From contig NZ_JAHDSX010000002.1 in the NCBI RefSeq assembly GCF_020969955.1, forward strand, positions 82,138-114,137: DNA of 32,000 nucleotides, written 5' to 3'. The stretch's first letter is position 1. Each line of letters starts with the position of its first letter. Of this stretch, positions 24,483 to 32,000 are shown in pieces. The position numbers and the translations under genes are program-made. The notes beneath the pieces are model-generated. The model saw nothing but the letters and a program-made list of their open reading frames with translations, searched no databases and had not been told where the DNA came from. The stretch comes from Allobaculum fili (GTDB lineage Bacteria; Bacillota_I; Bacilli_A; Erysipelotrichales; Erysipelotrichaceae).

Positions 24483-25628
24483 TTACAAAACCGGACAGAA
24501 ATACGTGTGAAGTTCGGCCAGGAGAGCGTGTCGAATCGACGCATCCGAACCGTCCGCTTCCGCTGTACTGGAGGAAGAAAATTCAGAGCAGGCAGAAAGG
24601 GTGTGCGGTAAAACGAGCGTCCAGGCGGCTGGTTTCTGATCGATCAGCGAATACAGACGCATTTCCTTATTGAGAAGATTCTGAAGCCAGGGGGAAAGAT
24701 CGGCCATACGGCTGGCGGCTTTCAATCCGCCGGGCAGCGACTTTAACAGTGCCTGTCCCCGGTCATTGAAGCCAAGCGTCAGAACTTTAAAAAAGAACGG
24801 ATGCTCTTTCATCTCCCTTTTAGAGATCTGCATCAAAATCATCATGCAGGTTCTCTGTATTCTTGCCCGTGTATACGTTTTGGAAACGGCATGCTTCAGA
24901 AAGCCTTCAAACGTATCGCTTTTTCTGGCGCTTTCGATCAGACGGTATTCGATGCCTTCCTCGCAAAGGAAAAATTCGCTTAACCGCTTCGGATCGCTCA
25001 TGAGCAGCTGCATCCGCAAATACGGATAGTACGATTGCCACGATTGTCGGGGATGATAGAGCGCGTCGCCTTTTTGCGGAATGTTGGCGAAAAAGTCTTT
25101 TCGAATCGCTGTGGCGGATTTGAGTGAAAAGTTGCGGGGGAACGGCACGACCGCCATGCCAAACGACCGGGCGTGGCGAATGTACTGCACCGCCAGAATA
25201 TCGTTTGGCCGCAGATCGATGCCGTTTAAAACGGCGTTCTGTACATGTGAGCGGCCGGGAACAGCTTCGAGCATTTTCAGCTGTCTGGATTTTTCTTCCA
25301 GAACGGCCAGATCCGCGAGCTCCGATCCAAAGCAGAGCGTATTGACCCCGGCACATTTGAGGGCTTCGATCGCGTAGAGTGCAAAATAGTCGGCGCTTTG
25401 CATGGCGTAGGCGGCAGGCAGCGCGATCACCAGATCGGCGCCCGCTTCGATGGCCATACGGGTTTTCTCTTGAGGAGAAAGAAGGGAAGGCAGTCCGCGG
25501 CTTGAATACCATGTGGAAAGGACCACGACGATCTGATCGGGATGAAGCGTTTCGCGTACCCGTCGAATGATTTCGCGGTGTCCGTCATGAAAGGGATTGA
25601 ATTCAGCAATGATTCCAGCTTTGATCAT
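24483..25628 (-). CDS. tmcAL: tRNA(Met) cytidine acetate ligase (UPF0348/YlbM family nucleotidyltransferase)
   Basis: 381 aa. The N-terminus MIKAGIIAEFNPFHDGH is characteristic of this family. Confidence 0.8.
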   Translation of the reverse strand: MIKAGIIAEFNPFHDGHREIIRRVRETLHPDQIVVVLSTWYSSRGLPSLLSPQEKTRMAIEAGADLVIALPAAYAMQSADYFALYAIEALKCAGVNTLCFGSELADLAVLEEKSRQLKMLEAVPGRSHVQNAVLNGIDLRPNDILAVQYIRHARSFGMAVVPFPRNFSLKSATAIRKDFFANIPQKGDALYHPRQSWQSYYPYLRMQLLMSDPKRLSEFFLCEEGIEYRLIESARKSDTFEGFLKHAVSKTYTRARIQRTCMMILMQISKREMKEHPFFFKVLTLGFNDRGQALLKSLPGGLKAASRMADLSPWLQNLLNKEMRLYSLIDQKPAAWTLVLPHTLSACSEFSSSSTAEADGSDASIRHALLAELHTYFCPVL

Positions 25629-25883
25629 GTGTTCAGTCTACCGTAAAAAGAGGATTCCATACATTTCCAGCCGTGAATCCCATTTCAAAATCGTTTCCGT
25701 TCAGGTACCATGGACAGGGTTTTTCCGAAAGCGGATAAGAAACGACGGTATCGTTTTTTTGCGTAAGGAAAATCAAAAGAACAATTCACGGATCAAAACA
25801 GACAAAACATCTGGATGGATCCGATCAGAAGGAAAAACGGATCCTGGATCCGATGAAAAGATAGAACAGCGAGGACAAACAGT

Positions 25884-26594
25884 ATGAAATTCAGCAGATT
25901 TGTTTCAAAAGCCGCCTGCCTGGGCGCTGCCGCTCTGCTTGCGGCCGGATGCGCCGGCAGCACGAACGACACCAGCAACGCCGACGTATCGAGCGTCACC
26001 TCTTCCATTGCCAGCAGCCAGACCGAATCGGTCGTTTCCAGCAAAGTGGCTACCCGGGCTTCCAAGTCGGAACCGGGCGGCAAGCAGTACCAGGCCGAAA
26101 TCAAGATTTCCGGCTACGATGAACCAATCATCTTCACCATGGACGAAGGCATCGCTCCGGAAACCGTAGACAACTTTGTCAATCTGGCCGAAAAAGGCTT
26201 TTACGACGGCCTGACCTTCCACCGTATTATTGACGGCTTCATGATTCAGGGCGGCGATCCGCGCGGCGATGGAACCGGCGGAAGCTCCCGCAGCATTTAC
26301 GGCGAATTCAAATCCAACGGTTTTGACAACTCCCTCAAGCACGTGCGCGGAACCGTATCCATGGCCAGAAGCAACCAGCCGGATTCCGCCAGCAGTCAGT
26401 TCTTTATCGTGCAGGAAGATGCGTCCAGCCTCGACGGGGAATACGCCGCATTTGGAACGGTAACCAGCGGCATGGATGTCGTAGACCAGATTGCTGAATC
26501 CGCGAAGCCGACCGACAACAACGGCTCCATTTCCAAGGAAGATCAGCCGGTCATCGAATCCATCACCATTACCGAACTCGATGACAAGAAATAA
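25884..26594 (+). CDS. Cyclophilin-type peptidyl-prolyl cis-trans isomerase, lipoprotein
   Basis: 236 aa. Lipobox LAAGC; FHRIIDGFMIQGGDP and SMARS..PDSASSQFFI motifs. Confidence 0.9.
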   Translation: MKFSRFVSKAACLGAAALLAAGCAGSTNDTSNADVSSVTSSIASSQTESVVSSKVATRASKSEPGGKQYQAEIKISGYDEPIIFTMDEGIAPETVDNFVNLAEKGFYDGLTFHRIIDGFMIQGGDPRGDGTGGSSRSIYGEFKSNGFDNSLKHVRGTVSMARSNQPDSASSQFFIVQEDASSLDGEYAAFGTVTSGMDVVDQIAESAKPTDNNGSISKEDQPVIESITITELDDKK

Positions 26595-27026
26595 GCGGTA
26601 AGCACAAATCGAATCCAGTGAAGCTCTCTAGAGCAAAGAGAAAGCGCTCTGGAGCAAAGATAAAGATATAAAAAAAATCTGTATCTGTATCCTTCTGTCT
26701 CTTGCCTCTGGAAACAGCCTGAGCAAAGAAGACAGACCGAAAAAAACAGACCCGATCACAAATTGATGGACAGATTCTCAGAGCCGATCCGGCTCTTCGG
26801 GTCTGTCCTTCGATTTTGTAACGGTCACGGACTATGATGAAGATGCATGCGGCAGGGAGCCAAAACGATACGCGATATCCGACGTTTGCCCCTGGCTCAT
26901 GACAGACAAGACATTTGAACAGGCAGATTTTTCAAAGAGTCAACGCGGCCGGAAAAAGCCGAAAGTACGATAGTTAAGGACAAAATGGCAAAGCACTTCG
27001 ATCGTTTTGTTCAGATTTTCGTTTGT

Positions 27027-27055
27027 TTGACAATTCAAAAGGGTCTGCCTATAAT
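27027..27055 (+). promoter_or_regulatory. Consensus sigma-A/sigma-70 promoter for yceD-rpmF
   Basis: TTGACA (27027-27032), a 17-nt spacer, then TATAAT (27050-27055). Confidence 0.75.
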
Positions 27056-27081
27056 ATCAAATGCTACATGAGGTGAATAGC

Positions 27082-27600
27082 GTGAAGTTTCGTAAAAGCG
27101 ATTTTCTGGCGGCGCCGGATGACTATCTTGAAGTCAATACCGACCTGGCCGATCTCGATGGAGCTCAGTTTGTGAATACGCCTGTTCTGGCCGTACCCGA
27201 GTGTCACGTCGAGGGCACTTTACAGTTTGACGGCCGCAGCAGGGTTGTCAGCAACCTTCATTACTCCGGCTTCATGATTGTTGAAGACTCGATTACCGGA
27301 GAAGATCTCGAATACGTTTTCGAGGCCGATTCTGAAAAAGAGTACTCATTCGATCCGCTCGAGGATACGGACGATCAGGAAGACATTCTCGTTGTGAACA
27401 ACAACACGATTGATCTGAATGATGAGATGATCGAAGCGATTGTATATGAAGCACCCATGAGCATTACCCGTTTAGCCCGTGAAGACTATCCTAGCGGTAA
27501 AGGCTGGTCGCTTACATCCGATCAGGATGAGGGGGACAGCCAGCAGCAGGAAGATCCCCGCTGGGCAAAACTCAAAGATCTTAATTTCGAGGATAACTAG
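27082..27600 (+). CDS. yceD: DUF177/YceD-family protein (large-subunit rRNA accumulation protein)
   Basis: Acidic 172-aa protein immediately upstream of rpmF, which is the conserved pairing. GTG 27082 has GAGGTG 6 nt upstream. ATG 27061 would lie only 5 nt after the -10 box (27050-27055), so it is disfavoured. Confidence 0.8.
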   Translation: MKFRKSDFLAAPDDYLEVNTDLADLDGAQFVNTPVLAVPECHVEGTLQFDGRSRVVSNLHYSGFMIVEDSITGEDLEYVFEADSEKEYSFDPLEDTDDQEDILVVNNNTIDLNDEMIEAIVYEAPMSITRLAREDYPSGKGWSLTSDQDEGDSQQQEDPRWAKLKDLNFEDN

Positions 27601-27611
27601 GAGGTGCCACC

Positions 27612-27788
27612 ATGGCTGTTCAGCAGAGAAGAGGTTCCAAACACCGTAAGGCAAAAAGAAGAACCCATTACAAACTGACTAAACCCGCTCTTGTAAAATG
27701 CCCGGAGTGCGGCGAATTCAAACTCGCTCACAAAGTATGCCCGAGCTGCGGTAAATACAAAGGCAGACAGGCTGTCGAAGTAGAATAA
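27612..27788 (+). CDS. rpmF: 50S ribosomal protein L32
   Basis: Below the ORF-track size cut-off. [58 protein letters not shown] (58 aa) with the CxxC...CxxC Zn-ribbon. GGAGGTG SD is present. Confidence 0.92.
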   Translation: MAVQQRRGSKHRKAKRRTHYKLTKPALVKCPECGEFKLAHKVCPSCGKYKGRQAVEVE

Positions 27789-27827
27789 TTCCTGTCCCTT
27801 TTATAATCAGTATCCAGATGGATGAAC

Positions 27828-27857
27828 AAGCAGAGAGACCTCTGCTTTTTTCTTTTT
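27828..27857 (+). terminator. Rho-independent terminator of rpmF
   Basis: AAGCAGAG-AGAC-CTCTGCTT followed by a T-run. Confidence 0.85.
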
Positions 27858-27881
27858 GCGCGTTTCGCATTTTCTCTAACA

Positions 27882-27918
27882 GGCCTGCAGGACGTTGATG
27901 TCCTCCTGCGGGCCTTTT
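27882..27918 (+). terminator. Second, imperfect terminator-like hairpin
   Basis: GGCCTGCAGGAC (27882-27893) pairs with GTCCTCCTGCGGGCC (27900-27914), with a bulge and a mismatch, then TTTT. Confidence 0.5.
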
Positions 27919-27971
27919 CCGTTGTGCAGGAGCAAGCGCAGGGAAGCACGAAACTGAAATCCAGGGAAAGG

Positions 27972-27998
27972 AAATAGAAACGGGCAAATAGAAACGGG
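27972..27998. repeat. Tandem direct repeat AAATAGAAACGGG x2 (14-nt period)
   Basis: Copies at 27972-27984 and 27986-27998, read directly. Confidence 0.6.
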
Positions 27999-28620
27999 AA
28001 GGTCCTGACAGATCCGATCGCAAAAAACCACAGAATGTATCGCATTCGTGCGAGAAACCGTCTTTTCTGTATGGTCCGGAATTGGGATTCTTGTGTACCA
28101 AAGCAACAATTTCGTACCATAGCCAATTAGTATTAAGCCTATGCGATTTTAATAATACGAAAAGAAGAAAAAGACAACCGTGATAAACGTATAGAACGAT
28201 AAAATAAAAAGGCCAGTATTTCTCCCGTTTGCCTGGACGAAGGCAGACGGGCGGCTGCTTTTTGGCTTTAAGAACAGGCGCAGGGATTTGAACGAATGGT
28301 TTTCCTTACGGGCAAACAGGAAAACCCCCATCCTGCATTGGATCCCCATTTTTATTTTGAACAGGAAAAGCGGTCGTTTTACGTTCCATCCATTTTCTCA
28401 AACGCGTGGTTTTGCCTCGGCTTTTGACCTACAGGCGCTTCTTCATTTGATTCGGGCAAAAATATAAATTACGAAGCGCTTCAATGCACTCTATTTAGAA
28501 TATGGTCGCGCATACGACAGACAACCCATGTTCTATGGGCGATTAAAGCCATACGCAAAAGCACCAGATTTTTACGAGAGGACAGGGCGTAAGGGAAATC
28601 GGACAAAGAAAGGCCCAGTT

Positions 28621-29697
28621 ATGAAAAAACATACAATGATGTCTGCACTCCTGTCTGTGTCGATACTGACAGGATCTGTATCTTCCTTCCCAATTCTGGC
28701 CGCTGAACCGGCTGCCCAGAATGAAACGACCGACCCTGCACAGTCCACAACGACGATTTATGACCATGCCCGCAATACCTGGTATCCAATGGGTACCGGC
28801 ATGCAGGTCGAAACCGTCACAAACGAAGGCAAGTATTTCAAAGGCCACGCGGCGATTGATGACGTCAATGCGGAAAACACCGTAAAGGATCTGCTGCACG
28901 GCGAGAAGTCCTTTACGTTTGAGATCGAATACAAAACGCCGGAAAACACAAGCGCCAATCAGATGGAATACCAGATGATTCTTTCCAACGGCGACCATGG
29001 CTTTGTAGTACGCGACTACCATTATCAGAATCTTGGAATCACGACCCAGCTGATCGCCTATGGAGCCAATACGAATGACTGGATGACGTACAACATGAAG
29101 GAGTATGAAGCAGGAAATACCGATTACTCCAATCGTGTCCATACAGTTCTTGCCGGTTACGATGCCGAAACGAAGGAGCTCTTCTTCGTCTTCAACGATG
29201 GCTCGAGCTATCGTGGATCCATGAGTGGAACGGGCGGAATCAAGGCGACAAACTATCCGCTTTCCATCGGTACCGATCCGGAAAATACCGATCGCGTCTC
29301 CGCCTATCGGTTCAAATCCGTCAAGCTTTTTGAGGGCGTAAAAACTAAGGAAGACATGGAAACCCTCACCAAAGCCGATGCCAAAGTTTGGGTCGACGCA
29401 GACGATAACCCCGTTCAGCCTCAAGAGCCGGAACCGGAACCTGTCGTACTCGACTACTCCGTACTGCAGACGGCCTATACGGATGCGAGCAGCGTAAGTG
29501 CCGACAAATTCCAGTCCAATGCGGCATGGTCCACGCTGATTGAAAAACGGACCGTCGCTGCGAACATTCTTGCCGATCAGGACAATACTGCCCGTACGCA
29601 GAAAGATATTAATGACGCGGCTTCCGCCCTCAGCCAGGCGTGGCTCGCGGTTCGTCTGAGCGTCGACACCGAGATCAATCCGCTCCCCGCTCAATAA
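28621..29697 (+). CDS. Secreted protein with a LamG/concanavalin-like domain and a C-terminal FIVAR-like helical domain
   Basis: 358 aa from ATG 28621 (MKKHTMMSALLSVSILTGSVSSFPILAAEP signal peptide). Domain calls are from pattern memory only. The ORF-track start at 28528 adds a non-signal basic extension. Confidence 0.65.
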   Translation: MKKHTMMSALLSVSILTGSVSSFPILAAEPAAQNETTDPAQSTTTIYDHARNTWYPMGTGMQVETVTNEGKYFKGHAAIDDVNAENTVKDLLHGEKSFTFEIEYKTPENTSANQMEYQMILSNGDHGFVVRDYHYQNLGITTQLIAYGANTNDWMTYNMKEYEAGNTDYSNRVHTVLAGYDAETKELFFVFNDGSSYRGSMSGTGGIKATNYPLSIGTDPENTDRVSAYRFKSVKLFEGVKTKEDMETLTKADAKVWVDADDNPVQPQEPEPEPVVLDYSVLQTAYTDASSVSADKFQSNAAWSTLIEKRTVAANILADQDNTARTQKDINDAASALSQAWLAVRLSVDTEINPLPAQ

Positions 29698-29780
29698 CAA
29701 AACCAATCCAGAAATATGCTCTTTTGCATGCTTTCGTAAATGCGAAAAGCGCAGTTTCAATCGATAATCTGCCTTATGCA

Positions 29781-29811
29781 CCGTCTGAACCGCAAAGATT
29801 CAGACGGTTTT
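29781..29811 (+). terminator. Rho-independent terminator
   Basis: CCGTCTGAA (29781-29789) pairs with TTCAGACGG (29799-29807), followed by TTTT. Confidence 0.8.
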
Positions 29812-30087
29812 CCATACATTGCAAAACTTGCGCATTTTACACCCGATCCAAGGCAAATTGTCTGCCGGACAGAAACAGGAACGATTGGCCATGAAAAATG
29901 TAGTCCGGTCTGATTTTTTGAAAAAACGCAATCATACCGATCGGTCGAAAAAGAGAAAAAAGGGGAAATCAGACGATTTACAGCCGGATTCTGGCGGATT
30001 TGCCCAGAACCTGTTCGCTGTATTGGTACACAATCGTTCCATTTTTGAACGAATATCTTCCTAAAATTTGTCTGAAATATGGGTACA

Positions 30088-30115
30088 TAGACAAAAAGAC
30101 CGGATTTGCTATAAT
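30088..30115 (+). promoter_or_regulatory. Candidate rny promoter (extended -10)
   Basis: TAGACA (30088-30093), a 16-nt spacer ending in TGC, then TATAAT (30110-30115). Confidence 0.55.
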
Positions 30116-30151
30116 TGAAATGCTTTATTTTATGAAGGGACAGAGAAATAA

Positions 30152-31705
30152 ATGAATGCCTTATGGATTTCTCTATCCGGGATAATCGGACTTGTCCTGG
30201 GAATCGGCCTGATGGCCGCTCTTTCCAAAGCAGGTCTTAACAAAAATCAGCAGCAGGCAAATCAGATTCTTGAACAGGCGAACCGCGAAGCGGAAGCCAG
30301 ACTGAAACAGGCAGTACTTGACGGGAAAACCCAAGTACACGATCTGAAAGTAGAAGCAGAAAAGGAAATTAAGGACCGCCGGCAGGAAGCCGTCGATCTT
30401 GAAAACGCCCTTCTGCGTCGTGAAGACAGCTTAAATTTCCGCGATCAGTCTCTGAACCAGAAGGAGAAGGAACTGAGCGCGCAGATGAAGAAGGCCAATG
30501 ATCGCCTTCTTTCCTTAGAAGATAAGGAAAAGCAGCTTCAGCAGGAAATTGACCGACAGATCGAAGTCCTCGAGGGCGTAGCCCGGATGACCAGTCAGGA
30601 AGCGAAAGACGAGCTCTTCGCCCTTGTCGAAAAGCAGATGGAACACGAAACGATGGCTTACATCAAGGAAAAAGAAGATGAAGCCAAATCGCAGGCGAAC
30701 CAGAAAGCGCAGGAAATCATCGCCTTAAGCATCGAACGCATGGCCCAGCAGGAAACGATGGACCGTACGGTCGCTGTCGTCCAGATTCCCAGTGAAGAAA
30801 TGAAGGGAAGAATTATCGGACGTGAGGGCCGCAATATCCGTGCCTTTGAACAGGCCACGGGTGTTGAGCTGAACATTGATGATACGCCGGATCTGATCAC
30901 CATTACCTGCTTCAACCCGATTCGTCGAGAAGTGGCCAGACTCGCCCTCGAATATCTCATTCGAGACGGACGCATCCAGCCCGGACGAATTGAGGACGCC
31001 GTTAAGAAATTCCAGCATGAAGTCGAGGCTGAGATTCTCAAGGCCGGCGAAGAAACTGTATTCAAGCTTGGCATCGGCCGCATCGATCGCGAAATCGTTC
31101 GTCTGATCGGTACGCTGAAATACCGTTTCTCCTATGGCCAGAATGCGCTCCAGCATTCCATTGAAGTCGCCCTGATTGCCGGAACGATGGCAGCTGAGCT
31201 GGGGCTCAACCAGCATATGGCGAAACGTGCCGGTCTTCTGCACGACATCGGTAAAGCACTCAATGTCGACCAGCAGGAAGGCAGCCACGTGGAGCTGGGT
31301 TACAAATTCTGCAAGAAGCATGGTGAAAAAGAAATCGTTCTTAATGCGATCGCATCTCATCATGGCGATACCGAACCAAAATTCCTGACCTCCCATCTGG
31401 TCATTGCCGCCGATACCATTTCCGCCGCTCGCCCAGGAGCCCGTAAGGAATCCGCGCAGGCCTACGTGGAACGTCTCGAAAACCTGGAAAAAATCGCCAA
31501 TGAATTTGAAGGTGTGTCCAACGCTTATGCCATTCAAGCCGGCCGCGAGATCCGCATCATGGTTGTTCCCGAACAGGTGAGCGATACGGCCTGTGTTAAA
31601 ATGGCCAGGGCGATCCGTGACAAAATTGAATCTGAACTGACTTATCCCGGACAGATCAAAGTGAACGTAATTCGTGAAGTCCGTGCACAGGAAATAGCGA
31701 AATAA
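30152..31705 (+). CDS. rny: Ribonuclease Y
   Basis: 517 aa. N-terminal transmembrane helix, coiled-coil, KH domain (IIGREGRNIRAFEQATGVELNIDDTP) and HD domain (LLHDIGKA...HHGD). Confidence 0.95.
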   Translation: MNALWISLSGIIGLVLGIGLMAALSKAGLNKNQQQANQILEQANREAEARLKQAVLDGKTQVHDLKVEAEKEIKDRRQEAVDLENALLRREDSLNFRDQSLNQKEKELSAQMKKANDRLLSLEDKEKQLQQEIDRQIEVLEGVARMTSQEAKDELFALVEKQMEHETMAYIKEKEDEAKSQANQKAQEIIALSIERMAQQETMDRTVAVVQIPSEEMKGRIIGREGRNIRAFEQATGVELNIDDTPDLITITCFNPIRREVARLALEYLIRDGRIQPGRIEDAVKKFQHEVEAEILKAGEETVFKLGIGRIDREIVRLIGTLKYRFSYGQNALQHSIEVALIAGTMAAELGLNQHMAKRAGLLHDIGKALNVDQQEGSHVELGYKFCKKHGEKEIVLNAIASHHGDTEPKFLTSHLVIAADTISAARPGARKESAQAYVERLENLEKIANEFEGVSNAYAIQAGREIRIMVVPEQVSDTACVKMARAIRDKIESELTYPGQIKVNVIREVRAQEIAK

Positions 31706-31713
31706 CGAATATC

Positions 31714-31740
31714 AAAGCCGCCCCGCAAAGGCGGCTTTTT
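31714..31740 (+). terminator. Rho-independent terminator of rny
   Basis: AGCCGCC (31716-31722) pairs with GGCGGCT (31730-31736). The T5 run spans 31736-31740. Confidence 0.85.
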
Positions 31741-32000
31741 ATAACGGCTTTTCGTCTACAATAAAAACGGACGCATTCCCAAAAGGCACAGGGAAACATC
31801 AGAAAAAAAGCAGGGGAAGACCCGACAAAGACTCGGAAAAACTCGGATAAATCCGGCAAAGAAGCAGAGCAGTTTTCTTTCTCTCTCCGTTCGGATCACG
31901 GATCCATTCTCCGAACGTCCCTTAAATAGAGGAAGACTGTCCTTCAACCGTTAAGACAATCCAGACGCAGGACTTTTCTGACATAAGGTCACCCCCCCCC

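Noticed and set aside
25740-25760. Hairpin AAACGA-CGGTA-TCGTTT followed by a T-run as an orphan terminator
   Set aside because: The stem has only two G:C pairs and there is no upstream + strand gene. It is too weak to call.
27061-27081. ATG 27061 as the yceD start
   Set aside because: It lies only 5 nt after the consensus -10 box (27050-27055) and has no SD. GTG 27082 has GAGGTG upstream.
28543-29781. 412-aa ORF on the - strand
   Set aside because: It is antisense to the secreted LamG-like gene. It has no signal, no motifs and no SD, and it runs through the + strand terminator.
31992-32000. Run of nine C at the very end of the window
   Set aside because: It is cut by the window edge, so it cannot be interpreted. 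It is possibly a homopolymer tract or an assembly or contig-end artefact.
1-32000. CRISPR arrays, rRNA genes and tRNA genes
   Set aside because: Reading both strands, I saw no regularly spaced direct repeats with unique spacers and no rRNA- or tRNA-like conserved cores. The only tandem repeats are two-copy units at 26624-26665 and 27972-27998.

Overview
This window looks like a chromosomal segment of a moderate-GC Firmicutes/Bacillota-type genome. That is inferred from rny, yceD-rpmF, tmcAL and the lipoprotein signal peptides; the species cannot be determined from the sequence alone. (1) 1-7.4 kb is the right arm of an integrated phage-like element. It has a divergent T5orf172-like gene, then one tightly packed + strand gene string: small protein, DUF2800 PD-(D/E)XK nuclease, DUF2815 SSB-like protein, family A DNA polymerase, HTH/Zn-ribbon protein, and two overlapping large serine recombinases. 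(2) 7.5-15.5 kb is visibly more AT-rich and lies entirely on the - strand. It is a complete Type I restriction-modification locus ordered hsdM, hsdS, tyrosine recombinase, split second hsdS, hsdR. Direct and inverted repeats sit exactly on the conserved regions and stop codons of the hsdS modules, so this is an invertible-specificity (shufflon-type) system with an unusual site layout. I consider it the most interesting part of the window. (3) 15.7-16.8 kb holds a truncated IS3-family (IS150-group) orfA followed by a GC-rich, hairpin-dense orphan segment of unknown nature. (4) 16.8-32 kb holds ordinary genes: a lipoprotein, an ABC_ATPase-family protein, a secreted GH3 hexosaminidase with C-terminal repeats, a GNAT, a DUF218 protein, tmcAL, a lipoprotein cyclophilin, yceD-rpmF, a secreted LamG/FIVAR-like protein and rny. 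Several clear rho-independent terminators and two near-consensus promoters are present. I saw no rRNA, tRNA or CRISPR array. All family names come from motif recognition and memory, not from database searches.
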